DNA from: Callorhinchus milii
Lineage: Eukaryota
Assembly (NCBI RefSeq): GCF_018977255.1
Contig: NW_024704742.1
Span: forward strand, 52,082,001 to 52,146,000
Length of the DNA: 64,000 bases
Reading direction: 5' to 3'
Both the position numbers and the translations under genes were made by a program. This document shows positions 1 to 12,001 of this stretch, one piece after another. The notes beneath the pieces were generated by a model that was given only the letters and a program-made list of their open reading frames with translations, was not told the origin of the DNA and made no database searches. Every line of letters begins with the position of its first letter. Positions within the stretch are counted from its first letter, which is position 1.

Positions 1-524
1 TTACAAAGATCTATTCTTATTTGACAGGAAGTATAGTTGATTTTAAATGGGATTTAATCTTCACAGATCCATTTTTCTGGAAAAAGTGGAGACAGTTTTA
101 TGTATTGCTGACAGTCAGTGGAATTTGACCATATCTTGTTAATTTTAATTGGGCTTCACTACTTATGAATCTGGTTATTTTAAGTAAAGGTTTGCCTCTC
201 TTCAGAATTTGATATACGGCATCACTTGTTTCCTTTAACTGTACAGCAGAGAAGACTTTCATTATCCCACCTCTCAGAAAGAAATAATATTTCTCTGTCA
301 CCCACAAGTGTGTAAATCAAATAAAACTGTATTTATTACTCCAATGTCAAAATATAATAACTTACAGTAATTCATGTAATAGATCGCTCTTTGGTCATAT
401 GTTGGCATATACTGTCTCTTTAATACTGTAATATTTTTTAAATGGCGATTGGATTGAAATCATGCCAATAATAGAACTGTTCCAAAACTCTTAACTCCTG
501 AAACATGCAGAATCTGTACATACA

Positions 525-689
525 TACATCTGAATATAAACCGAGGAGTATATGTAGTTTAGAAATTTGGAAAATGTTACCATTATAAATAAGTATTACT
601 ATTATAATATTTATAACAATAACATTTTCCAAATTTCAGAACTATATATACTCCTCGGTTTATATTCAGATGTAATTGTTATAAATATT
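525..689. repeat. Nested inverted duplication: 54 bp arms plus 15 bp arms
   Basis: 525-578 is the reverse complement of 621-674 (3 mismatches). 606-620 aatatttataacaat is the exact reverse complement of 675-689. Confidence 0.92.
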
Positions 690-908
690 TGGTATATGTG
701 ACTCTTTGTGCTAGCAGACTTTATTCCATTTACCTGGTTAGACAAAGTATTGAATGAACAGAACATCGATCACCCTCTTGTTTCACTTCTGTCTGACAGG
801 GGTCTCTGACACTACTGTAATAGGTTTCTTCTTAATCAATTTTGAAATACTGAATCATAATTTTAGTGGATTTGTACATTGAATTCACCGATGTGCTGAC
901 ATTACAAA

Positions 909-1159
909 GAACATAAGCATTTACAGCATAGAAGTACATTCGGCTTATCAGCACAGGCTGGCTGTTTTAAAAGGAATCCTTTCAGTCCCATTTAGCTGTC
1001 CTTAACTTATATCTCTGTAGTTTACTCATTTTTGATATGTATCTAGATCCATTTTGAAAACCAATTCTAAATCCGGATAAGTCATTCCATATCTTAACAA
1101 CTGTGTGCGTGAAAACATTTCTCCTAATTTCCCCATTTGCTTGTTTGCTAACTATCTTA
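909..1159 (-). mobile_element. CR1 LINE 3' fragment, interrupted by L2
   Basis: Minus-strand translation GEIRRNVFTHTVVKIWNDL resembles the CR1 ORF2 C-terminal (F-TQRVV--WN-L) motif. Tail-like aacataag lies at the left end. Confidence 0.7.
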
Positions 1160-1806
1160 GTTCTTAGGAACTCTCTCCTCGTCGGCCTTCCCGCCACCTC
1201 CCTCCACAAGCTGCAGGTCATTCAGAACTCTGCAGCTCGTGTACTGTCCCGCACCAGGCTTCGGGACCACATCACTCCCACCCTCGCTCGCCTCCACTGG
1301 CTCCCCATCCCCAGAGGATTGATTTCAAGATCCTCATCCTCACCTACAAGGCCATTCACGGCCTTGGTCCCTCCTACCTCTCCGACCTACTATCCCCCTA
1401 CCTACCTGCCCGTACCCTCCGTTCCTCCGGCTCCGGTCTGCTCCACGTCCCCCGCCCCAACCGCCCTACCATTGGTGGTCGGGCCTTCAGCCTCTCAGCC
1501 CCGAGGCTCTGGAACTCTATCCCCCAGTGCCTTCGCCGCCTCCTCCCTCTCCTCCTTCAAGGCCGGTCTCAAAACCTTTCTCTTTGACTGAGCCTTCAGC
1601 TCCACTCTCGACTCTCTTCCCCCTTCTCGCTCCCTCCCATCCTTCCCCTCACCCTGACCATTTCCCCCCTCCTCGCTCCCTCCCTCCCCTCACCCTGACC
1701 ATTTCCCCCCTGCTCAGGTCATGACCCAACTGTGCAGCGCCTTGGGATGTCCTCCTCACGTGAAAGGCGCTTTATAAATGGAATCTTGTTGTTGTTGATG
1801 TTGTTG
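1160..1806 (+). mobile_element. L2 LINE, 5'-truncated (ORF2 C-terminus and 3' tail)
   Basis: [33 protein letters not shown] and SFKAGLKTFLF motifs; (TTG)n tail; tatctta duplicated at 1153-1159 and 1807-1813. Confidence 0.92.
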
Positions 1807-2308
1807 TATCTTAAATTACCCATATTATTGGAGCAATATCAGTAAATGTAAGTTAACAAGGACAGGTTCACTATAAATTGCTGTGATAAATTCCTGTAAT
1901 TCTTATTATAGAATATCACACTTCAACCCTGAGTGTACAATGTGCTGAAAAATGTTTGCTTCAGCTCATTTTTTTCCCCAAATTGTTCCCTGAACTCATT
2001 TTTGGTTTAATGTTGTTCATTATAACACAACCAGAATAGTGATAATGCAAATTATAGGGAACAACATTGATGGCACAGTTAATTGACTATTGACATTAAG
2101 GAACTATAGTAACAGCATAGTTTTAAAACCAGAAATGGGAGGTCCAGAACATAGAATAAGATAAACATTATCCACACAGAGAGCAGTAGGAGTGCAGAAT
2201 TCTCTCCCACAGTCAGCTGTTGGGGTTAACAATAACAACATGCATTTATATAACACACTTCATATGGGGTAATTCTAGCTTTTGAGCGATTGGTATGCAG
2301 TATATGTG

Positions 2309-2535
2309 TGTCAACCTGGCTCATTGGTAAAACTCGTGCCTTTAAGTCATAGGGTTATCGATTCAAGCTCCACGTCAGTACTTTGACATGCCAGTGTCTT
2401 CATTAAAGTGTATTAAAGATCCAATAGCCCTACTTGTAAAGAGAGGGGAAGTTCTTCCAGTGTCATAGCCAACAATTCCCAGATAAAATTATCAGCTGTT
2501 TGTGGGACAACACTGGTACAAGTATACAGTCATTA
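2309..2535 (+). mobile_element. Long Deu-domain tRNA SINE, degenerate
   Basis: Head tgtcaacctggctcattggta...attcaagctcc and ctgtttgtgggac core are shared with the 11574 copy. Confidence 0.65.
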
Positions 2536-3221
2536 CTCTTTTCAGTAAATCCAATTATTTTCTGCAATGTCCAATTTCAATTTTGAGAAGCCTAAATTCA
2601 CGAACAAGTACTACCTAAAGATGAATCATTCTAATATTTTGCGGTACATTTTAAAACCTGCTGTAGTCACCTTTAAACAGAGAGGGTAAATTTGCTACAT
2701 TTCGTATCAAGTTCAATGTAATAATAATCACATGTAGTATTATGAAATGGAATATTTACCCCCAATATTCCCCAGCAGCTAAATGTATAGGATAAATTAA
2801 TATGATGAGCTGACTGCTCCTACACTTATCAACTTGACTCCTGCATCATACTCCAATAGCTTGCCAATCTTAATAGATTTGAGTGATGGGGGTAGGGTGA
2901 GAAAAACGTGTTAGCTAAAACAAACTATATTTAGCAAACACTATAAAAAGACTGCAATATTTACAATCTCCGCTGCCTTTCAAGTCCCTCAGATTTTTAC
3001 AATCATTTCTGGTAAATTTTAGAAATGAAGTGGATAAAGATGGAAAAGATAACAAAGAGAAAAGATTGCTGTGAACTTTCAAACAAGTAATCATTGTGAA
3101 ATGTTGTGAGTCTGATATGCTTTTAATGTTTCAGAAATTGCTTGTTTAGAGAATTCACCAACTAAAATTCAAAGCAATTTTTTTTCCCTTGAGGTTGTTC
3201 TGAAACGGATCATTTCCCCAG

Positions 3222-3505
3222 TAGAACCATATAAATTTATGGCACAGAAGAAGGCCATTTGACCCATTGTGTATGTGCCTGCTGCCTCAAGAGCAATCAT
3301 TTCAGTCCCATTGACCTGCCATTTCCCCATCCCCCTGTAGCTAACACTTTTTAAGGTGTTTGCCTAGCTCCCACTTGAAAGCTAATATGGATTCTGCCTC
3401 AGGCACTGCTCCTAGAAGGACATTCCATATCCTAACTACTCTGTGTTAGTTTACTAACTACCTTAAATTGATGCCCTCCAGTTACTGACTCACCCAGCTG
3501 TGGGA
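3222..3505 (-). mobile_element. CR1 LINE 3' fragment
   Basis: cacagaagaaggccattt tail motif and cattccatatcctaactactct match other CR1 3' ends in the window. Confidence 0.65.
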
Positions 3506-3589
3506 AGAGAGAAGGGAGGGAGGAGGGGCAAGAAAGTTACTTCCTGACCTTTACCAATGCTGCTCTTGACCTGGCCACTAAGAAATTGA

Positions 3590-3906
3590 TATAATAATAA
3601 TAATAATAATCCTTGCATTTGATATAACGCTTTTCACGTCTTCTGGACGTCTCAAAGCGCTTCAAGGAATATGCTGTAAAGTGAATTGACTGTATATTTA
3701 TGGGTGAAACGCGGCAACCAATTGCACAGCAGTGTCCCACAAACAGTCATGGATTGAAAATGACCAATTTATTATTTTTTTTTGGAGGGATTATTATTAG
3801 GCGTGTGGAGTAAGGAAACTTGCCCAAGGTTTCGCCCTGTCTGGAATTGAACCCAGTTGTCTCGCTTGCAAGGCGAGTGCTCTAACCATGGAGCTCCAGG
3901 ATTCCA
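3590..3906 (-). mobile_element. Short tRNA(Ala)-like SINE with Deu core and (TTA)n tail
   Basis: Minus-strand head has A box tggttagagc, anticodon arm ctcgc-cttgcaa-gcgag and B box ggttcaattcc. It is closely similar to 37725 and 43231. Confidence 0.9.
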
Positions 3907-5879
3907 TACAAGCAGCCTGGTATGAATGGCCACTTATCTTTTCTGTTGTACTTGTGGCTTCTCAATAGAATTTTCCTCACTCTATGCTCCACTATCCCCA
4001 AGATATATTAAGAGAGGGTAATTGCATTTCTAACCTGTGACCTGTTATTCTATGTAACTGAGTGGTGAAGCATTAATGTGCTGGGTCATTGCACTCCACA
4101 ATCCCATGACATAATACGTATTAGAGTGAGGACTGAGATTTCAAGAACAGTTTTATCTAAATGGTAATTAACATGAAGTGCAAATGTAATGATTTCAAAC
4201 TGGGATGTAAGTTGTTAATTTTAATTTGCTATTTGCCACTTCTGGCTTGTGAGATCCATACAATGGCTATTTGCAAATTGCAAAGTCTGCAGATATTTGC
4301 AAATCCCAGTTCTTGTTAATTTACATTTTGATGTTTTGTGAAACATGCCACAAGTCTCTCGATTGTGATCTGATGTCTGCAAACTGGAAGTTTTGTAATT
4401 AACTACTCAAATCCAGTTTACTAATATTGTACTTTCAACCGAAATTTCATTGTAAACCATTTTAATGATGTTTTAACTATCCAAACCTGAAATGGTATTA
4501 ACACTAAACTCCAACTGCTCTGTTGTGAGGTTTTTCATGATCAATGATCAAACTGCACTGAATATAAAGGAATGAGTGTCATATTAGAAACCAGAAATCA
4601 ATGAGAGGCCTTTCAGAGAATGGATAAAGGCCAAATTATCACTCTTAATAACTTTTGTGTAGATGAGAATACAAGAGGGGTTCACAGCCCCATAATCCTT
4701 GATTTTATCCATGTGAACACCATAAATAAATGATTGCTACAATTTAGCAGTTTGTATACATAGTAGTTTCCCTAAGCACTTTTGAGGAAAATTTGGATAA
4801 GAGTATAATGTAGGGTTTAGGAGGAAAGATTATGAGAATCCAATTCTTCTGCTCAGATTCATGTGAACTGTTCAGTTTTGTGGGACATTTTATAAAGTCC
4901 GATCTTGACTGTTGTGCTTTTCAATAGATCTTTCATAATTATACAGTGAATGTTTTGCTGCACTATAATTAAGCATGGTGCTTTCAGTTTAATAGAAGTG
5001 TTCTGATACTGCCAGGAACTGTGAGAAATAATGTGGTTCAAAAATATCAGTTAAACCTGGGAATTAATTATAACTGTGTACTGTATACAGCAGAATAAAT
5101 AAGGGCACTGAGAATTCTCATGGATATACATGAATTGCTTTAATCCTGACTGACGATAGATCCGGGGAACCTCCCATCTCTTTGGCTGAAGCGGTTAAGT
5201 AGGTTTAGAGTGCATAATAGTGCCTAATAATTAGATAGTACTAATATTACAGTCATAAATGAAAATTAAAAACACAATTTTAAATAAAAATTCAAATCAC
5301 ATAAGCTCTGCTGGTCCAGCTGGTTCTCTTTTATTTTCCCTATTACCTTCTCAGTCCTATTTTTAACTTTACTTTTACTTTTCTCTTATTTAATCTGTCT
5401 TACATATTTTAAACTATAACTTTCCTTTCAGCTCCTACCATTCATTTTGAAGATAGGAGGAAGTATATTTTAAAGAAGGGTTTTGACTGGATAAAGCAGT
5501 CCTTGACAGGAGATTGTAATCGTTGTGAAAATTCATCAAAGACATGTCCCAGCTGTCTGGAGACAAGGTGACTATCTTTTGAATGCTACATGTTAGAATT
5601 GAATGGTAATTTTCACTGAAGTTAAGGGCAGCCTTCAATATGGAAATGATGACTGACATACCATTGTACACAATCTGTCTACTCAGTCTGACAAAGAATC
5701 CTTAAGATACTAAAATGATACATACACCAGGAAATACCATCTATCAAAGCAAGGTCAAAATGTCTTAAAAGAAAGACTTTTTAAGTGACTGATATCACAA
5801 TGGATTATAGGAATGACCGTTGGTTTGAAGAAAATAAATTCTGCTTACTTTTTGAAAAAGAAAGAGGTTTAGCTATGAT

Positions 5880-6271
5880 GAGAGGTAGACTAGGGATTAC
5901 TTACATCAGAGGATGCCAAAGGATGATTTGATTGAGGTATTTAAAATAAGAAAGGAATTGACAAGTTAGGCAGTGAACTACCCTTCACCTTGGTAGAGGG
6001 ATCCATAATAAAGGAGCAAAGCCTTAAAATCAGAGTCAAGACATTTAGAACTGAGATCAGGAAGTATTTTCTTCACACATGGGGTTGTGAAGATGTGGAA
6101 TGCTCTGCCTCAAAAGTTATAGAGGTAGAATCAATAAGGAAATATACGTTACACAGAGTATGGCAAAGGGCAGGACATCCTGATTAAAAGATCTACCAAG
6201 ATCTAATAGACTGGTGGAACAGACTCAGTAGCCTGAATGGCCTCCATCTGTTCATGTTTTCCTATGTTCCT
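5880..6271 (+). mobile_element. CR1 LINE 3' fragment
   Basis: LKIRVKTFRTEIRKYF translation; ctgaatggcctcc...cctatgttcct terminus. Confidence 0.8.
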
Positions 6272-6279
6272 CAAGAAAA

Positions 6280-6560
6280 AAAACTTCAATTTGTATAGCA
6301 TCTTATTCGAAATGTCTCAAAATGCTTCACAGGTAATTAATGTCAAGTGTAGTGACTGTTTTTGCAGGCACATATGACAGCCATTTATGCCTTGAAAGTC
6401 CCACAGCCATCCATAAGGTGAATGAACAACATATCTGGAGGATTATAGGTCAGGACAAAGAAGGAACTCACTTCTCTTTTCAAAAATAGTTGTGAGATCT
6501 TTAAAGTCTAACAGTCTGAACAGTCATATTGGAACTTGGATTAACATTGGATGTCTTATT
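6280..6560 (-). mobile_element. Long Deu-domain SINE, degenerate
   Basis: Similar to the reverse complement of the 11574 copy (cttctcttttcaaaaatagttgtgagatcttta). Confidence 0.6.
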
Positions 6561-6599
6561 CACCACATGCCATATATGAGAACAAGTATATTTGTATGA

Positions 6600-6910
6600 G
6601 TAATCAAAACTAATAATATCTAAATATGCAGATGATACTAAATTAGCAATGTTATTAACAGTAATGATTTAAGAGCAGTTAACAGTGAAGAGTTCAATAA
6701 CCTAAGGGCAGATATTAACAGTTTAGTGGAGTGATTTGCCAGGGGTTGGAGCAAAAATAATTGGGACAGTTAAAAAAGTATAGAACACACATACATACGG
6801 AGAAAGGGAATTGGAGGATACAGGGAAAAAGCCGGGAATTCAGAGTGGAACGATGGTGCCTTGCAGGAGGCAAACACAGACACAAAATCATGGGCTGAAT
6901 GACCTACAAA
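6600..6910 (+). mobile_element. CR1 RT and 3' remnants
   Basis: tctaaatatgcagatgatactaaatta encodes SKYADDTKL; atgggctgaatgacct is tail-like. Confidence 0.6.
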
Positions 6911-7889
6911 TTCCATTATAAGTGCAGTATTTTGCAAACTGTTGAGTATAGTTTTAACTTTAACACCAGATTTCTATTGTTAAAAGAAATTACAGAAAAA
7001 TGTCTTCAAAATGCTGTCACTATTTAAGAATTTGCCAAATTCTGGATGCTCTGAAATGTTAAGAATACTGAAATGCTCAGTAAGTCTAGACCCAGTGGAA
7101 TTTCTACCACAATAGATTTTGAATTATTTTCTGATTGCCATCGGCTGATCAGAACACAGCAAATTTTCAGCAGTTCTGTTAAAATCATTGATGCTTCATC
7201 TCAGCTGCATGGAGTGCGTTGACTGCCAACATCTGCCATGGTGGAGAGCATTAACCATTTGGCCAGGCCATATTAGAGCACAGTGACTGCCAGTGTTTTC
7301 ATTACAATGCTGTTGGTGAAGACAACAGGGCAACGACCTCAAACTGAAATTAAAACTATTCCAGACAACTCCACGGTGTGCGTTATCAAATAACAAACAC
7401 ATGGGAGTGATTTCAAGGCTGCAATCTCATGTTGGGGTTCAGATGGCAGAGTTATAAGCTGCAATAGGTTTACTCTGTGCTTTTATGATGTTATCTGACC
7501 CCTTTGGTAAGGTTACTGCCTTATAATCATTTCCAGGTATCTACTCTTCCTTATACAGGATTATTATAACCCATTCATTATTTCTTTAGCTGTTAGAGGA
7601 GCAGACTCTTTTCCCCACTCATTTCCAGTAAACCCTCTCTGGTATAGTATCACAGCTTTATCAGAACCCCCTCCCGCTGGTATGTGCCATTGTAACTTCA
7701 GCCATAAAAGCCGTTGTTTGTGGAGGGAAGGAAAATGTTGATGGCTGCAGTAAAACTTAACACCAGTACGGAATTGTCCATCTCACTCAGGGAGGCCACA
7801 AAAATGTCTGGTGCGGAAATGGACATGTCACATAGCTGCATTAGATGTGTTCTGAGCCTGGTTGAAGAGGCAGAGCAAGGGTGTATCTT

Positions 7890-8334
7890 AATAATAATAA
7901 TCCTTGCGTTTGATATAGCACCTACCATGTTGTCAAGGCGTGTCAAAGGGCTTCACAGGATATACAGTAAAGTGTATTGACTGTGTATTTTGTGGGCAAA
8001 TATGGCAGCCAGTTTGCATACAGCAACGTCCCACAAACATCTTTGAAGTGAGTGACCAATTTTATTTGGGGTATTGTTGGCCAGGACACTGGGAGAAATT
8101 CCTTTCTCTTTTCGAATACTGTAGTGCCATGGGATCCTTAACGTCCACCTGAACAGGTAGACAGGACTTCAGTTTAACGTTTCATCCTCAGGACAGCATC
8201 TCCAACAATGCAACACACCCTGAGCACTACTTTGGCGTATCATCTTAGACTATGTAATTCCAAGTCCCATTGTGGGGCATGAAGCCACAATCTTCTGACT
8301 CAGAGGTGAGTGCTACCACTGCACCAGGCTGACA
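7890..8334 (-). mobile_element. Long Deu-domain tRNA SINE (SacSINE1-like), near full length
   Basis: Colinear with the reverse complement of 11574-12001: head, gccatgggatccttaacgtccacctgaacagg, Deu core and (TTA)n tail. Confidence 0.88.
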
Positions 8335-8589
8335 GTTAACTTTATCTAACTAGAGAGAACTTTAGGTAGGTACATGGGGATAAATATAAAAATGTTCGGC
8401 ATTCACGTTTCTCATCCTCAATTTTTTTTAATGAAATTTGGTATAGAACGATGAGTCAAAAGGTCTCATGTAAGTTACTTTGAAATGTAGTGATATATTA
8501 ATTGGAAAAACACAACAACTAATCTGTGCCAGCACCAAATGAGATGAATGACCAAATTGTTCGGGTGACTTTGGTAAAGTAGAAATACT

Positions 8590-8786
8590 GAACAGTGTAA
8601 GGGTAGAACTCCATGTTCTTCTTAATGGTTCATTGGAATCTTTAGCTTCAACCTGAACCAAGCCTGAGATGCCTTCTCTAACAACTCAATGGAGTGACAG
8701 CCAAGATTATGAACTCAAGTCCTGGTATGGTGCTTGAACTCGCAACCTTCTGACCCAGAAGCTGTGTTGCAACCCACCGAGCCACC
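8590..8786 (-). mobile_element. Long Deu-domain SINE, 5' part
   Basis: cttgaactcgcaaccttctgacccaga is the reverse complement of the head. Confidence 0.65.
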
Positions 8787-9514
8787 ATAGACCATACTGA
8801 TCTAATAAACTAAGACAAACTTTCAAAGAATATATGAAAAGGAGCTCTGTTCCTGTCTCTTGCCATTAAGAGAATGCAGCGAAAGCAGAGCAATTTAATG
8901 GTATGAGTTGCACATTAGATCACAAATATTTAGGCCAGTAGTTGTGTAACAGCAGCTTCCTCATCTGCCATTCTCTTTCACGTGTCTCTTTCGCTGCAGG
9001 ATGTTTACACAGCATTGCTTTGCATGAAGATTATTTTTTTAATCTGTGCCCAGATGCTCCTGAAGAGTGCTGAAGACAGTGCGTTAGGTTTAAAGCTAGC
9101 ACTGCCCTAAAACTGCTACCTCATATTTGTCAAATGTTTCAGTCTTACATGAAGTTATTCACAACACCAATTTTGCATTTATATAGCACTTTTCACGTCA
9201 GGAGGACATCTCAAAGTGCTTCAAAGAATCTGCTGGGAACCCAAGATGGGGTGGGGGGAGATGACCAATTGCACGGTAAAAGGTGAAAACATATTCCACT
9301 TTTATACAGCAATCTGAATATAATTTTAACTTATTGAGAAATTAACACAGAAGCTATTTAGAAAACCTTTTGTCAGTGAAAGTACACTTACTCTTTTCAA
9401 ATGGGATAAGTCTACAAGCCTTAAAATAGATTGAGAACAACCATTAAGAACAGCAGAGGTGGTGTGAATTGTCAAGTGTTTTCTCCTGGGTTCCCCCATT
9501 GTCTCACTTAGTAA

Positions 9515-9830
9515 ATACACAGGATAGTGGAAGGTGGGTGCTGCAGGTAGGAACACCCAGAAAATCCTCAGTTCAGCCTATGTTGTGTATGGAGTTACCT
9601 GGTCTCAGTGGGGCCACAACAATTGATCTAAATTTCCCGAAGTTCCAGAAGGAAAACAAATCAGTCAGGATTCTTGCATCTGATTGACACCCAGATCAAT
9701 TACCCGGCTCAATGTTAAGCGCTCTGAGACGCTGACCCATGTGAAAGACACTGTATAAATTCAAGTTGTTGTTGTTATCCAGTGACCTCTGTTGGAAAGT
9801 TTGCTTTGGTGCCTGTTGGCAAGAACAGGT
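9515..9830 (+). mobile_element. AmnSINE2-like relic split by a short L2 tail (about 9695-9776)
   Basis: The family motif ctgat...atccagtgacc.ctg.tggaaagt is interrupted by an L2 terminus with (TTG)n. acccag/atccag flank the insert. Confidence 0.6.
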
Positions 9831-10902
9831 TTAATCTTGTGAGTGACACACATGTTTCTCCCCCATTTCCTCCCTACTATTCAGGCTCATATAAGAAGCA
9901 TGAGCACTTGGCCAATACGGTAAAGCATGTTGTCTCAGATGAAACTGTATCGGAGTCTGAATCACTGCTTTGAAGAAAGTGGTAAATGAGAAGTTTACCA
10001 AATGTGATTGATTGCTGTTTCTCCACATCATGCAGACAGAATATTAGCTGGGGATCCTGAGGGGCTGCAGTGCAGCAGGCTTCACATATGAACGAGAGCA
10101 AACTGCAGCAGGAAATGATGTTGTAATTCTGCCCAAATATTATGTCTAAAGCCACGTAAACGACAGTAACACTGTGTAAAGGCGGGTCATGGTTGGTGCT
10201 GGTTTCTCTGCTTTTAACCCTGTTATTTAGGAACAATTATGAAAGATTCTGAAACTGAACAGTGGAACCTCGAACTCTCATGAAACCACATTTTTATATT
10301 TGTAGAGAGAGAGGGGGAAAAAGCTGTTTTCCCATGACTTATGTGGATTACAGAGTTAAAAATCATTCTGGCTCATAATCACTCAGCCGCTGATTCTCTG
10401 TGAAACAGATTAAAGGACTTGTGTGGAATGAAGTACAGAATTTTCAGGACAAGGAGATATGCACTATAAGCAGATCAGAATGCTTTGTAGGACAGAGACA
10501 AGATCTCCTTTGTTGCTCAGGAGCGCACACATATGAATTAATTTGATGGCTTTGTGAATGAGGAATGTATCAGTAACCACGGAAATTCAGGACCTGTTTT
10601 GCTGACATTAGGTATTCCCTGATCTTTATGCGAGGTTTGAGATATGAAGTGCTGTGGTAGATACTCTATCATTTTTAAAATAAAACCATGCCTTTGTAAC
10701 TCTTTTGATCCTCCTGGAGTTAGGGTTGAGCAAAACATAAATCAATACCTTACCACTGGGCTCGGTTATATTTACCCTATTGGGTACAAGTGCAGTATAT
10801 AGGTTCCCACAAACCATTAGTTTTTCAGGGGGACGATTAGGGCTGTTTTTAAGTTTTAATGACAGTACTCAAATAGTGAAATTTAATCCCTTAACTTCAA
10901 TG

Positions 10903-11430
10903 CCCTCTCCTCTCCTGAGGTTATTGAGATGACCTGGGGTATGATTGCGTGGATTCTAGTCACCCTCAGGTACCTTTCCCAAGAAACGTTTGCTCATTTT
11001 TGGTGGTCAGACGGGTGTCTGACACATGTGGAAACCCATCACCATGCTTCAGAGTATCCAAACCAGACTGAGAATTCCATGCATCCCATCTACAATGAAC
11101 ACTTCCATGTATTGGAATGAAATGCACACTCTCAGTCACATGACCATTGTTCATCTCTGTGAGTCTCCATAGTAAGTGCCTGAAAGCTACTATTCCATTG
11201 GAGCATCATAGCTGAGCTTACTCTTGTCTTCACCTGATGTTCACACATGTTAACCTCTGGCAGTGGTTACACTGTATGAATATAAGCTCTTCTTGACTTT
11301 CCCCTCCCTATCCCTACAGGCCAATAGTAGTGTTTCTGCTGCTACCACTGTTAAGGTCAGCTAATTCAACACAGACCGGGGATTGAATATGGGACCTTCC
11401 TGATCTGTAGCACTTTATTCCTCACTGGGT
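10903..11430 (-). mobile_element. AmnSINE2-like SINE carrying an inserted family-X fragment
   Basis: ccctctcctctcctgagg 3' end and tcagctaattcaacacagaccggggattgaa..gggaccttcctg head match my recalled AmnSINE2 consensus and other copies in the window. Confidence 0.65.
10985..11135 (-). mobile_element. Unclassified retroposon family X, 3' fragment
   Basis: Reverse complement of 55780-55925 (ggtcagacgggtgtctgacacatgtggaaacccatcaccatgctt). Confidence 0.85.
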
Positions 11431-11573
11431 TGAGACATCGGTGAGTTCTGTGAAGTTGTGTTTTAAGGCCTGCTATTTTGTGTATGCAAAACCAGCCAAT
11501 GTCTGTCTGACTATCCCCAACTTTCTACCTCTCTCAGTGTGGGTTCATTTTCTTGTAGACTCAGTAACTTGTG

Positions 11574-12001
11574 TGTCAGCCTGGTTCAGTTGGTAGCACT
11601 CTTGCTCTGAGTCAGAAGGTTGTGGGTTCAAGCCCCACAATGGGATATGAACTCACATAGTTTTGACACTCCAGTGCAGTGCTGGAGATGTGTCCGATTA
11701 TTGGAGGTGCTGTCCTTCAGATGAGACATTAAACTGAGGTCCCATCTGCCTGTTCAGGTGGATGTTAAGGATCCCATGGAACTATTTGAAAAGAGCAGCA
11801 AGTTTCTCCTGCTGTCTTGATCAACAATTTCCTAGATAAAATTAATCATTCACTTCATGGCTGTTTGTGGGATATTGCTATCCACAAATTGACTGCCATG
11901 TTTGCCCACAATTACACAGTCATTCCACTTCACAGTATATCATGTGAAATGCTTTGGGACAAGAGAAAGGCACAGTACCAAATGCAAGGATTATTTATTA
12001 T
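11574..12001 (+). mobile_element. Long Deu-domain tRNA SINE (SacSINE1-like), near full length
   Basis: A box tggttcagttggtag, B box ggttcaagccc, Deu-type ctgtttgtgggatattgct...aaattgactgcc, and an L2-like 3' end with an attattt tail. Confidence 0.88.
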
